Assembly (NCBI GenBank): GCA_031409335.1
Contig: JANNWY010000278.1
Span: 1 to 64,000, forward strand
DNA: 64,000 nt
Direction of reading: 5' to 3'
Source: Chthoniobacteraceae bacterium
Lineage (GTDB): Bacteria; Verrucomicrobiota; Verrucomicrobiia; Chthoniobacterales; Chthoniobacteraceae
Of this stretch, positions 29,636 through 39,353 are shown in pieces. The notes below the pieces were generated by a model. The model was not told where the DNA came from, ran no database searches, and was given only the letters and a program-made list of their open reading frames with translations. Each line of letters starts with the position of its first letter. Within the stretch, counting starts at the first letter, position 1. The translations under genes and the position numbers were made by a program.

Positions 29636-30028
29636 CGGCTGGTCGAGAATCCCCGCTTTGGCGCGCGGCAGCAGATCGCGCAGATTCGCGCAATATTCGT
29701 CGCCTTGCAGATTCACCGAACGCACTTCCAAATCGTCGGCAAATTCCGCCAAAACCTGCCGACACGCTCCGCACGGCGTCACCGGCTCCCGCGAATCCGC
29801 GACAATGACAATCCGCGCAAACTCCCGCTCGCCCGCCGCCACTGCGGCGAACACCGCATTCCGTTCCGCGCAAATCGTCAGGCCGTAGGAAAGATTCTCC
29901 ACATTGCATCCCGTGAACACTTTCCCACTCCGCGTCTCCAAAGCTGCGCCGACCGCGAACTTGGAGTATTTCGCGTAAGCCGCAGCGCGGGTGTGGATTG
30001 CCTGTGCGAGCAAATCATCGGGATTCAT
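29624..30028 (-). CDS. cdd: Cytidine deaminase
   Basis: YSKFAVGAA, GCNVEN, CAER, PCGACRQ. Confidence 0.95.
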   Translation of the reverse strand: MNPDDLLAQAIHTRAAAYAKYSKFAVGAALETRSGKVFTGCNVENLSYGLTICAERNAVFAAVAAGEREFARIVIVADSREPVTPCGACRQVLAEFADDLEVRSVNLQGDEYCANLRDLLPRAKAGILDQPRST

Positions 30029-30103
30029 TTGAAAGGAAATTCTGTAATACGTTGATGGAGAAATACTTGAAATAAAATCTGCAACTGGATATTTACCATT
30101 GCA

Positions 30104-30814
30104 TTGTCGCAGAGATTCTTCAAAATTCACGGCTTGGTATCCTCAGCCCGCAATTATTCAGGAAAACTCATCGCTGTCGAGGGTTTGGATGGCTCTGGCA
30201 AGTCCACCCAAATCTATCTCGTCAAGCGTTGGCTTGAATTGGAGGGATACCGCGTCTTCTTCACGGAGTGGAATTCATCGGTCCTCGTGAAGAAATCCAC
30301 GACCAAGGGAAAAAAGCGGCAACTCCTTACGCCCACGACGTTTAGCCTCATCCACTGCACCGATTTCGCGGATCGTTACGACCGTCAAATCCTGCCGCTG
30401 CTGCGCGCCGGCTACATCGTGCTTTGCGATCGTTACATCTTCACGGCGCTCGCCCGGGATGCCGTGCGCGGGGTCGATCGCGAGTGGGTCGAGCGCCTTT
30501 ACAGCTTCGCGGTGCATCCCGACCTCACGATGTTTTTCCGGGTGCCGCTCGAGACTTCACTCCAGCGCATTCTCGAAGGTCGCCCGCAACTGAAGTATCA
30601 CGAAGCCGGGCTTGACATGGGCTGGAGTTCCGATCCCTACGAGAGCTTCCGCATTTTTCAGGGAAAAATCCTCGCGCAATATGAAGCGATGATCGAGCCG
30701 TTCGATTTCACCGTGATCGATGCGTCCAAGGAAATCCACGTGCAGCAGGCGGAAGTGCGCAGCCTGATCTCGCAGCGGCTCGATTTGCCCGCATTTCGGA
30801 GGAGGCCGGAATGA
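30104..30814 (+). CDS. Thymidylate kinase-like protein (first of a tandem pair)
   Basis: EGLDGSGKST P-loop, CDRY, TEWNSS. Confidence 0.85.
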   Translation: MSQRFFKIHGLVSSARNYSGKLIAVEGLDGSGKSTQIYLVKRWLELEGYRVFFTEWNSSVLVKKSTTKGKKRQLLTPTTFSLIHCTDFADRYDRQILPLLRAGYIVLCDRYIFTALARDAVRGVDREWVERLYSFAVHPDLTMFFRVPLETSLQRILEGRPQLKYHEAGLDMGWSSDPYESFRIFQGKILAQYEAMIEPFDFTVIDASKEIHVQQAEVRSLISQRLDLPAFRRRPE

Positions 30815-31548
30815 TCGCGGAGAAGAAGTTTTTTGGACGCCGTCCGCCGGAAGTGCGAGACGCGAAATTCCCCGGCAAACTGATCGTCATCGAAGGCGCG
30901 GACGGTTCCGGGCGATCCACGCAGATCACGCAACTCACGCACTGGCTGGAGGCAAATGGTTTCGCCGTACGCCACATGGGCTTGCGCCGCTCGCATTTGG
31001 TCAGCGAGGAGCTGGAGGATGCGAAACAGGGAAACGTCCTGACGCATACGACGCTCTCGCTTTTTTACGCGACGGATTTTTTCGATCAACTCGTCCACGA
31101 TCTCATCCCCGCGCTGCGCGCCGGATTCATCGTCCTGGCGGATCGCTACGTTTACACGCTGATGGCGCGCGATCTCGTGCGCGGTGCGGATCGCGAGTGG
31201 ACGCGCAATCTTTACAGCCCGGCGATCGTGCCCGATGCCGTGTTCTATTTCAAAGTCGGCGCGCGCCCGCTCATCGAGCGCAATTTTCAAAAGAACTCGA
31301 CGCTCGACTACTGGGAAAGCGGGATGGACCTCGGGCTGTCGCGCGACATGTTCGATTCGTTCGTGCGCTACCAGCGCATGTTGCAAAATGAGTTCCAGCG
31401 GATGCACCAGGAGTATGATTTCCAAGTGCTGAACGGGAACCTGCGCATCGAAAATCTCCAACGCCAGCTCCGCACGAAAATCGGGGCGATGCTCGGCATC
31501 GGGGCGGCGGATCTGGCTCCGCTGGAAACGCCGGACGCGGCGTCCTGA
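30811..31548 (+). CDS. Thymidylate kinase-like protein (second of the pair, variant P-loop)
   Basis: EGADGSGRST, ADRY, YWESGMDLG; ATGA overlap with the first gene. Confidence 0.85.
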   Translation: MIAEKKFFGRRPPEVRDAKFPGKLIVIEGADGSGRSTQITQLTHWLEANGFAVRHMGLRRSHLVSEELEDAKQGNVLTHTTLSLFYATDFFDQLVHDLIPALRAGFIVLADRYVYTLMARDLVRGADREWTRNLYSPAIVPDAVFYFKVGARPLIERNFQKNSTLDYWESGMDLGLSRDMFDSFVRYQRMLQNEFQRMHQEYDFQVLNGNLRIENLQRQLRTKIGAMLGIGAADLAPLETPDAAS

Positions 31549-31634
31549 GCGGAAATTTCCCGCGAGTCGTCTTGATTTGTTGCGCGAACGTCACCGCGCC
31601 GTTAAAGCTACCGCGAATTTTTAACGCCAAACTT

Positions 31635-32711
31635 ATGGAAACAGCCGTCAAATCGATCGATCACGCCCTGGCCCCCATCAATCAGGCGCTGAAGCCTGAA
31701 GACAAGATCAACTTGCTGCGCGACATGCTGCGCATCCGGCGATTTGAGCAGCGGGCGTTGAATGAATACACGAAGGGAAAAATGGGTGGATTCATGCACC
31801 TTTATATTGGCCAGGAAAGTGTCGCAGTCGGTGCGTGCTCACTGATGGGCGATGATGATCACGTCATCACCGCGTATCGCTGCCACGGCCACGCGCTCGC
31901 CGTGGGAATGAGCATGAATGAATGTATGGCCGAGCTTTACGGGAAAGTAACGGGCTGCTCGAAGGGCAAGGGCGGCTCGATGCACTTCTTCGCGCCGGAC
32001 AAGAATTATTGGGGAGGCCACGGCATCGTTGGCGGTCAGACTCCGCTCGGTCTCGGTCTCGCGTATGGGCTGAAATACAAGGGCCTGAAAGGCGCGGCAC
32101 TTTGTTTTCTGGGTGATGGCGCGGTCAATCAGGGCTGCTTTTACGAGTCGCTGAACATGGCGGCGCTGTTCGACTTACCCGTCATTTATATTATAGAAAA
32201 CAACGGCTACTCGATGGGCACCAGCCTTGAGAGATCGTCCGTCATCAAGAATTGCCTCGCCCAACGCGGCGAGGCTTTTTGTGTCGATTGGGCTCAGGCA
32301 AACGGCGAGGACATTTACGAAGTTCGGGCTGCGACGCAGAAAGCCATCGACCGCGCTCACAACGAGTCCAAGCCGACCATCCTCGAACTCGACACTTATC
32401 GTTACTACGGTCACTCCGTCGCCGACTCGAAACACAAAGGCGGCTACCGGCCCGAGGAGGAAATCGAGAAATACAAACGCGAACACGATCCCATCCAGCT
32501 TTTCAAAAAGCGGCTGATCGAAGAAGCGGTGCTTACGGAAGCGCAGTTCGAGGAAATCAGTGACGCGGCGAAAGCGGAGGCTGAAGCGTCCGCCCAATTT
32601 GCCGAAGAAAGCCCGCTGCCGACCGACGCGAATATTTTCGAGGACGTCTATTTCGAAGTGGATCGGCAGACCGAATCGGGCCGCACGGGCAAACACTTTT
32701 TTCACGACTAA
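31635..32711 (+). CDS. pdhA: Pyruvate dehydrogenase E1 alpha subunit
   Basis: HLYIGQE, GKGGSMH, GDGAVNQG...ENNGY, TYRYYGHS. Confidence 0.92.
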   Translation: METAVKSIDHALAPINQALKPEDKINLLRDMLRIRRFEQRALNEYTKGKMGGFMHLYIGQESVAVGACSLMGDDDHVITAYRCHGHALAVGMSMNECMAELYGKVTGCSKGKGGSMHFFAPDKNYWGGHGIVGGQTPLGLGLAYGLKYKGLKGAALCFLGDGAVNQGCFYESLNMAALFDLPVIYIIENNGYSMGTSLERSSVIKNCLAQRGEAFCVDWAQANGEDIYEVRAATQKAIDRAHNESKPTILELDTYRYYGHSVADSKHKGGYRPEEEIEKYKREHDPIQLFKKRLIEEAVLTEAQFEEISDAAKAEAEASAQFAEESPLPTDANIFEDVYFEVDRQTESGRTGKHFFHD

Positions 32712-32717
32712 CCGACC

Positions 32718-33692
32718 ATGCCACTGATCAGCTACCGCGAGGCACTGCGCCACGCTTTCGACGAAGAAATCCAACGCGATCCGAATGTTGTCCTGATCGG
32801 CGAGGAAGTCGCGCAGTACGACGGCGCTTACAAAGTCACGGAAGGCCTCTGGAAAAAACACGGCGACAAGCGCGTCGTCGATACGCCGATCTCGGAAGCC
32901 GCCTTCATCGGCATGGGCATCGGCGCTTCCATGCTCGGCCTGCGCCCCGTCATGGAGCTGATGTTCTGGAGCTTCGCCACCGTCGCCTATGATCAAATTG
33001 TCAACAACGCCGCCCAAGTCCGCTACATGTCCGGCGGCCTCATCAATTGCCCCATCGTCATCCGCGGCCCAGCGAATGGCGGCACGAATGTCGGCGCGAC
33101 GCACAGCCATTGCCCGGAAAACTGGTTCGCCGCCATCCCCGGCCTCAAAGTCGTCAACGCCGCTACGCCTTACGATGCGAAGGGTTTGATGAAAACCGCC
33201 ATCCGCGACAACGACCCCGTGCTCTTCATGGAAAGCACGCTGCTTTACGGTGAAAAAGGCGAAGTGCCCGAGGAGGAATACCTCATCCCGCTCGGCAAAG
33301 CGGACATCAAACGCGAAGGCACCGACATCACGCTCATCGCGCACGGTCGCGCCGTCCTCACCGCGCTCAAAGCCGCCGAGTTGCTCGCCGCCGAGCACGA
33401 TGTGAACGCCGAAGTCCTCGACCTCCGCAGCATCCGTCCGCTCGACGAGGAAGCCATCCTCGCCAGCGTCCGCAAAACGCACCGCGCCATCTGCATCGAG
33501 GAAAACAAACCCTTCTGCGGCATCGGCGCACAGATTTCCTCCATGCTGATGGAGAAATGTTTCGACGATCTCGACGCGCCAGTCCTTCGAGTCACCTCGC
33601 TCGACGCCCCCGCGATCTACAGCCCGAAAGTCGAGCCCCGCCAGCTTCCAAGGCCGACGGATGTGGTGGAGAAAGTGTTGAGCATCTGCTGA
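32718..33692 (+). CDS. pdhB: Pyruvate dehydrogenase E1 beta subunit
   Basis: GEEVAQYDGAYKVT, DTPISE, DLRSIRPLD. Confidence 0.92.
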   Translation: MPLISYREALRHAFDEEIQRDPNVVLIGEEVAQYDGAYKVTEGLWKKHGDKRVVDTPISEAAFIGMGIGASMLGLRPVMELMFWSFATVAYDQIVNNAAQVRYMSGGLINCPIVIRGPANGGTNVGATHSHCPENWFAAIPGLKVVNAATPYDAKGLMKTAIRDNDPVLFMESTLLYGEKGEVPEEEYLIPLGKADIKREGTDITLIAHGRAVLTALKAAELLAAEHDVNAEVLDLRSIRPLDEEAILASVRKTHRAICIEENKPFCGIGAQISSMLMEKCFDDLDAPVLRVTSLDAPAIYSPKVEPRQLPRPTDVVEKVLSIC

Positions 33693-33709
33693 AAAGCAGG
33701 CGTTCTTGC

Positions 33710-33811
33710 GCCGAAGGCTTTGGGACTGCGGCGATTCCTTCGCAGCTTTTCCGATGACGCGCGGCATCCCGAGAGCGGTGAAGGAATCACCGCAGTCCAA
33801 GAGCCTTCGGC
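33710..33811. repeat. REP/MITE-like palindromic element, copy 1
   Basis: GCCGAAGGCTTTGGGACTGCGGCGATTCCTTC...GAAGGAATCACCGCAGTCCAAGAGCCTTCGGC between convergent genes; related copy at 63896. Confidence 0.85.
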
Positions 33812-33812
33812 T

Positions 33813-35216
33813 TTAAGCAAACACTTCCATCACTGGCTTCCCATCCGCCAGTAGCACCGGACGATTCGCCGCCGTCTTCATTTCCGTGTGCGGATCGATC
33901 CCGAGCGCGTGATAAATCGTCGCCGCGAGATCATCGGGCCGCACCGGATTTTCCGAGGGATACGCCCCGCTCTTATCCGAAGCCCCATGCACAAAACCGC
34001 GCTTCACCCCGCCGCCCGCGAGCAGCGTCGTGTAACACTGCGGCCAGTGATCGCGGCTCGCGCTCTTGTTGATGTTCGGCGTGCGCCCAAACTCACCCAT
34101 CCACACCACGAGCGTGTCTTTCAGCATCCCGCGCTCTTCCAAATCGATGAGCAAAGTCGGCAGCGTCTGTTCCGTCATCGGCAGGTGATATTTCTCGATG
34201 ATCGGATACATCCGCGTGTTGTTAAAACCATGAGTGTCCCACCCGCCGCGATCCGTCTTCTGGCCGCCGATGTTGTCTGAAAAATACACCGTCACAAACT
34301 TCGTCCCCGCCTCGACGAGTCGCCGCGCCAGCAGACAGCTCTGCCCGTAAGTCGAGCGCCCATAAGCCTCGCGCACCTTCTCCGGCTCCGCGCTCAGATT
34401 GAACGCATCGCGCAACCGCGGCGATTGCAGCATCGCCATCGCGCGCTCGTAGTACCCATCCATCCCACGCGCCTGCGCCGAGAAATCCATTAGCCGCGCC
34501 TGCGCATCCACGAGCTTCTGCAACTCCCGCCGCGCCTGCATTCGCTCGATCGAAATCCCCTCCGGCAAACTCAACTCCGGCAGCGCAAACCCCGATGAAT
34601 TCGGATCCTGCAACACAAGCAGCGGGTCGTGCTTTTTTCCCAGAAAACTCGCGTGCTGCCCCGGCGTGATCGACCCATCACTGATGACGTGCGGATACGA
34701 AACCGCCGTCGGCATTTCCCCGCTCCCCGGCGCGAACGCATCCACCACCGACGAATATCCGGGAAACAGATCAAGCGAATCCCGCAGCCGCTGATCGTCG
34801 GTCGGCGGCGCGTGCCCGGTGAGCGCGTAATAGCCCGCCGAGTTGTGATTCTTCATGTCGTGATGCATCGACCGAATCAGCGTCACCTTGTCCATCACCT
34901 GCGCTGTCTTGGGAAGATGCTCGCTCACCTGGATGCCATCTGCCTTCGATGAAATCGGCTTGTGCGGCCCGCGAATCCCCTCCGGCGCATCCGGTTTCAT
35001 ATCGAACATGTCGATGTGCGAAGGCCCGCCCCATTGAAAAAGAAAAATCACCGACTTCGCGCGAGCCTTGATTTGATCAACCTTCGCGAGCGCCTCCGCC
35101 CGCAGCAGATTCGGCATCGAAAGCCCGAGCAAACCGAGCCCGCCGACTTTCAGTGCGGCGCGGCGCGACATCGCGCTGTGAAAATTCGGGCAGGCAAAAC
35201 CGGCGCTCATGGGCAT
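33813..35216 (-). CDS. DUF1501 domain-containing protein
   Basis: Tat-like SRRAALK, GGPSHIDMFDMKP, LLARRLVEAG, GWDTH, GEFGRTP, RDHWP. Confidence 0.92.
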   Translation of the reverse strand: MPMSAGFACPNFHSAMSRRAALKVGGLGLLGLSMPNLLRAEALAKVDQIKARAKSVIFLFQWGGPSHIDMFDMKPDAPEGIRGPHKPISSKADGIQVSEHLPKTAQVMDKVTLIRSMHHDMKNHNSAGYYALTGHAPPTDDQRLRDSLDLFPGYSSVVDAFAPGSGEMPTAVSYPHVISDGSITPGQHASFLGKKHDPLLVLQDPNSSGFALPELSLPEGISIERMQARRELQKLVDAQARLMDFSAQARGMDGYYERAMAMLQSPRLRDAFNLSAEPEKVREAYGRSTYGQSCLLARRLVEAGTKFVTVYFSDNIGGQKTDRGGWDTHGFNNTRMYPIIEKYHLPMTEQTLPTLLIDLEERGMLKDTLVVWMGEFGRTPNINKSASRDHWPQCYTTLLAGGGVKRGFVHGASDKSGAYPSENPVRPDDLAATIYHALGIDPHTEMKTAANRPVLLADGKPVMEVFA

Positions 35217-35276
35217 GAATCATCCAGCAGACTTCTTGAAAGACAACCCGGCAATTCCGGCGCAAACGATGATAAC

Positions 35277-37901
35277 CTACCGCCGCGCCTCATAGTAGTA
35301 AGCGCGATGGGTCCCATCGATTTCAAAGGTTCCGTCCGCAGCCACAGTCACGCTCCTGCCAGCCATCGGCACGCCGTGCGGATCGCATGGCGTGATACTC
35401 TTTGCCATTGCGCCCATGAATCGCAGCGAAGCCTGCACGGGTTCCAGCAGCAGCGGCGGAGTGCCCGTCGCTTCGAGGCGAGTGCCGTCGGCGTTGTAGC
35501 GCGCGCCGGTTTGTTTGTCCTGCGCGAGCGCGGTGATGAGGATGTGTTTGCTCTCCGCGAGCGGTGCGTCGTCGAGCGGGGTGAAAATGAGCGAGACGAA
35601 TTCCGTGCGGACGGTGGCGGTGACGCCGGGGAGCACGATCGCGTCGGGACCGGGCCGACCGATGACCGCCTGCGTCTTCGGCCCGCGCAGCAGCACGCGC
35701 TCGCGGGCGTAGTCCCACACGAGTTCCCCGGTCGCGGCAGTGAGCGTTTTGTTTTTCTCGTCCCAAAATTTCGCGAGGTCCGTCACATCGCTTTTCCCGC
35801 CGTCGAACGCAGTCGTCACACGCCCGATCGCGAACGTTTCGGCGGGCGTCGCGAGGGATTTTGCGTCGTCGTTTCCGCTGAAAATTTCATCCGTCGTGAA
35901 ACGGCGCGCGGCGGCGACCGGCGCTTCTTTCACATGCCCGCGATACAGCGCAAAGGCGAGCGCGGGGAATTGGCCGAGGTAGTGCGGCGTGTCGCTCGCG
36001 TACGCGCTCATGTGCGGCCAGCCGTCGCCGAGGCGCGTGCCGCTTTGCGCGAAATGCCACGAGCCATCCCAGCCCTGGAGGCCGAGCGCGTAGAAAGCCA
36101 TCAGCGGCGCGCATTCGAGCTTCCAGCGATTCGGCGGCGATTGGCTCCACTCCGTCATCGCGAAAGGGCGGTTTTCCACCACGCGGAGATTGCGCGAAAA
36201 AATGCCGAGGCCGGGCCGCGTGAGATGCGACTGCCAATCGACCCGGCCTTCCTCGATACCGTGGCGGCCTTCGCCGCCGCCGAAATAATCGTGCCGGTCG
36301 ATCATGTCCGCGGCGGTATCCGTCCACAGATTCGGCAGCTCGCCGAGCCCGCTCCCGGCCTGCCACGCGGTCGTGATCGTCACGCCGCGAAAACCCGCGC
36401 CGCGCATCGCCTGCTCGCACACGGCATGATTCGCGCGCTGCATCTCCGCCAGGAAACGCAGCACATCACCCGCGCGCCGCGTCTGACCCGCGAAAGCGCC
36501 GCGGATACCCTCGCCATCGAGATCCCACGGACTCATCAGCCGCAGCTCGCGCGCATCGACGCTGTCGCCATTTTTCAGCGCACCCCACGCGGCCTTCAGC
36601 GCATCGTCCGTTTTGTAGCGCGCCTTCACCCACGCGGCGAAATCCGCGCGGAGTTGCTGCGCGTGGCGCGGCCATTTCTTGTCGCCCGCCGCGAGATCGC
36701 CGAGCGGGTTCCAGAAAAAGATGCTCTCCTCGTTATTCATCTCGACCGTCGCGAGCGCAGGATCGTCCACGTAGCGCAGGCCGGTGTGCGGATTTTTGTG
36801 CGTGAGCAGCTCCACGAGCACGCGCGTGCGCCGCTCCCAGAGCTTCGGCGCGGCGGCCATCACGCCGTAGGTGTCGCGCAAAGTCGTGCCTCTCCCCTGT
36901 GGCAGATCCTCGAAGAATTCATAGCCCGCGTCCGGCCCGATGCGCCAGTGGTAGAAGACGCTCCACGCGGAGTAAATGCCGTGCCTTTTCAACTCGGCGA
37001 ACCACCAGTCGTAGGCATCGAGCTTCTTCGCGTCGATGCGCCCATCGGTCGTCACATCGTCCCAGAGCGGATGCTGGCGCACGATGTTGCAGCCGAATTT
37101 TCGCAGATACTTCGCGCGCTGCGTGAGCTGCTCGCGCGTGTACTTCCCCGGATCGACATTCGCGCCGACGCCCCACAGCTTCACGGGATTCCAATCACCA
37201 GTTAGGAGATGGTTCTCGAAAACCAGCTTGTCGCCAACTGCCTTCAAGAAACCGAATTTTCCCGCCGGTGCCAGCACGAGCCGCGACATATCGATGATAC
37301 TGCGCGGATCGAACGTGTCCTCATCCGCCATGAGCGGAAACCAATCGCCCGGCCCTGCCGCTCCCGCGCGCGCGCTCGCGCCCGGCTTCATCGTCCCCTG
37401 CGGCACGAACGGATCGGTCGTCAGCACGAAGCAATCAAGCCCGCCGCTGTTGGACTGTCCGCCCTCGAAGTGGAACGCGATCTCGTGCTTGCCTTTCGCC
37501 AGCGTGAGTTTCCCGATTTTCACCCATGCGATGAAGCGGTGGTCGAGCTTTCCGTCGCCCGCGATGTTCTGCTGCTGCTGCACCGTGCCCTTCGTCACCG
37601 CCGTCCACGCGCCGCCATCGAGCCGCCACTTCGGCTCCGATGCCACGGGATTCAGCCGCGCGAAAAACGAGTAGTCGCCCGCTTCCGCGATCTCAATGCT
37701 GTAGCTGCACTCACCCGGCTTTTCGCCGTAGTGGGAAAGCCACCCGCCACCCGAAAGCACATCGCGCTTCACAGCATCGTACCAGCCGTGTTTCTGCATC
37801 GTCGATGTTGCGGGCGCTTCGCCCTCGACCCAAATCGAACCAGCGTGTGAGCGGGTGTAAAGTAGGAGCAAGGCGATGACGAAGGTGGCGTGAAGGCGCA
37901 T
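35277..37901 (-). CDS. Secreted glycoside hydrolase-like protein (clan GH-A-like TIM barrel with an N-terminal beta-sandwich)
   Basis: Signal peptide; GCNIVRQH, HKNPHTGLRYVDDP, EMNNEES acid/base-like motif, AMTEW nucleophile-like motif. Confidence 0.65.
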   Translation of the reverse strand: MRLHATFVIALLLLYTRSHAGSIWVEGEAPATSTMQKHGWYDAVKRDVLSGGGWLSHYGEKPGECSYSIEIAEAGDYSFFARLNPVASEPKWRLDGGAWTAVTKGTVQQQQNIAGDGKLDHRFIAWVKIGKLTLAKGKHEIAFHFEGGQSNSGGLDCFVLTTDPFVPQGTMKPGASARAGAAGPGDWFPLMADEDTFDPRSIIDMSRLVLAPAGKFGFLKAVGDKLVFENHLLTGDWNPVKLWGVGANVDPGKYTREQLTQRAKYLRKFGCNIVRQHPLWDDVTTDGRIDAKKLDAYDWWFAELKRHGIYSAWSVFYHWRIGPDAGYEFFEDLPQGRGTTLRDTYGVMAAAPKLWERRTRVLVELLTHKNPHTGLRYVDDPALATVEMNNEESIFFWNPLGDLAAGDKKWPRHAQQLRADFAAWVKARYKTDDALKAAWGALKNGDSVDARELRLMSPWDLDGEGIRGAFAGQTRRAGDVLRFLAEMQRANHAVCEQAMRGAGFRGVTITTAWQAGSGLGELPNLWTDTAADMIDRHDYFGGGEGRHGIEEGRVDWQSHLTRPGLGIFSRNLRVVENRPFAMTEWSQSPPNRWKLECAPLMAFYALGLQGWDGSWHFAQSGTRLGDGWPHMSAYASDTPHYLGQFPALAFALYRGHVKEAPVAAARRFTTDEIFSGNDDAKSLATPAETFAIGRVTTAFDGGKSDVTDLAKFWDEKNKTLTAATGELVWDYARERVLLRGPKTQAVIGRPGPDAIVLPGVTATVRTEFVSLIFTPLDDAPLAESKHILITALAQDKQTGARYNADGTRLEATGTPPLLLEPVQASLRFMGAMAKSITPCDPHGVPMAGRSVTVAADGTFEIDGTHRAYYYEARR

Positions 37902-38087
37902 GTGTTGTCTCGGCAATCGCGATCAGAGCCTCGTCTTAGCTGGACGCGCGGGTTCGCCTTTTCGGCGCGATGAAAATTGGCCATCGAACGCCGCCCGCAG
38001 CGGGTCATCAGCGGCTTCGTTCCGCGCGGTGAGTCAATTGGATCCGCGATTGCGCGGGGGCGGGCGGCTGTCTTGAATCCGCAGCCC

Positions 38088-39344
38088 ATGCCGCTGACGG
38101 AAAAAAAATCCGCTCTCGTGGCCATCGCTGCGCTGGCGTTGGCTGGCGGGCTCGCGTGTGCGTGGGATTTGGCGCTGATTTGGGATGGCGGGGCGCAGTT
38201 TTGTTACACACTTTTCCATGGGTGCGGATACGGATACGCCGCGCGTTTTTTCACGGCGATCCTGTGGCAGCCGGTGATTTGGGCGGCACACGTCACGGAT
38301 GATCTGGCGATCCTCCGCGCGCTCTACGGACTGCCGCTGTGTCTCGCGCCAGCGATCAGCGCGGCGCTTTCGTGGTGGATGGTGGCGCGCTCGCGGCCCG
38401 GGCTTTTTCCGTGGGCGTTGCTCGGCATCTGCGCGGCTTCGGCGCCGGTGCAGGTGTTCGCAATCAATGAGAGCATCTTTCAGCTCAACCTGTTCTGGCC
38501 CGTCTTTCTCGGGCTGCTCGTGCCGCTGAATCCCGCGCGCTGGCTGGTGATCGGGCTGTTGCTCGTGTTTCAGTTTTCGCATCCGCAAGGGCTGCTGCTG
38601 CTCGCCGGCGCAACGGTTGCGCTCGTCGCATTGCGCGATCGGAAGCGCGCGATTTTCATGGCGGCTCTGACTCTGCTCTGTCTGTTCCGCGTCCTGCTTT
38701 TTCCCGATGCGGAAGCGGCCGAGCAGGCGAGCTTGGGAAAGGCGTGGGCGCTGTTCCGGCAGGGTGTGCTCGGCTGGCCGCTGGCGGGCTGGCTGTGTGT
38801 GGTAGGTGCGGCGTGGACCCGCTCCGATCGTGTCGCGAAACGGCTGCTCTGGCTCGCGGCGGCGCTGTGGATTTGGTGGGCGATCGAGCCGGCGCGCTGG
38901 GCGAAGGCGATGGATGCGCGGCGATTTGTGATCGTGTTCGCGGCCCCGTTTTTCTTTGGCGCGTGGCGCTCCCTCCGGCTCCCGGCTGCGCCGGAAATGC
39001 ATCGTCGCGCGCTGGCCGTGGCGCTCATTTTTGCCTGCACACTTTCGCTGCAAACGAATGGCTGGCGCGGCCTGATGGCGCGTGTGATTGCCCAAGCCGA
39101 GGCCGATCCGCGGCGCGTGATTCCGTCGGAAGATTTCGCGTGGACGCGCGGTGGGCCGGCGGAGCATTGGGGCCTCGGGCCGCAGGTGATCGCGAAGCTC
39201 GGCGGGCGGAAACTCGTGCTCGGCCTTGGCGCGCGCGAGGCTCTGCGGAGCGATCCGCCAAAGGTGGAGCTCGGCTACGACGCGTGGGTTCCGCCGGAGC
39301 CGGGCATACTCGGGTGGTTCGACTTTCGTGACACGGTGCGGTAG
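38088..39344 (+). CDS. Polytopic membrane protein of unknown function
   Basis: About 10 hydrophobic segments; ATG at 38088. Confidence 0.65.
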   Translation: MPLTEKKSALVAIAALALAGGLACAWDLALIWDGGAQFCYTLFHGCGYGYAARFFTAILWQPVIWAAHVTDDLAILRALYGLPLCLAPAISAALSWWMVARSRPGLFPWALLGICAASAPVQVFAINESIFQLNLFWPVFLGLLVPLNPARWLVIGLLLVFQFSHPQGLLLLAGATVALVALRDRKRAIFMAALTLLCLFRVLLFPDAEAAEQASLGKAWALFRQGVLGWPLAGWLCVVGAAWTRSDRVAKRLLWLAAALWIWWAIEPARWAKAMDARRFVIVFAAPFFFGAWRSLRLPAAPEMHRRALAVALIFACTLSLQTNGWRGLMARVIAQAEADPRRVIPSEDFAWTRGGPAEHWGLGPQVIAKLGGRKLVLGLGAREALRSDPPKVELGYDAWVPPEPGILGWFDFRDTVR

Positions 39345-39353
39345 CACTCGCGC

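Noticed and set aside
34962..37205. 747-aa plus-strand ORF
   Set aside because: Antisense shadow of the glycoside hydrolase gene; Arg/Ala-rich with no motifs, typical of high-GC DNA
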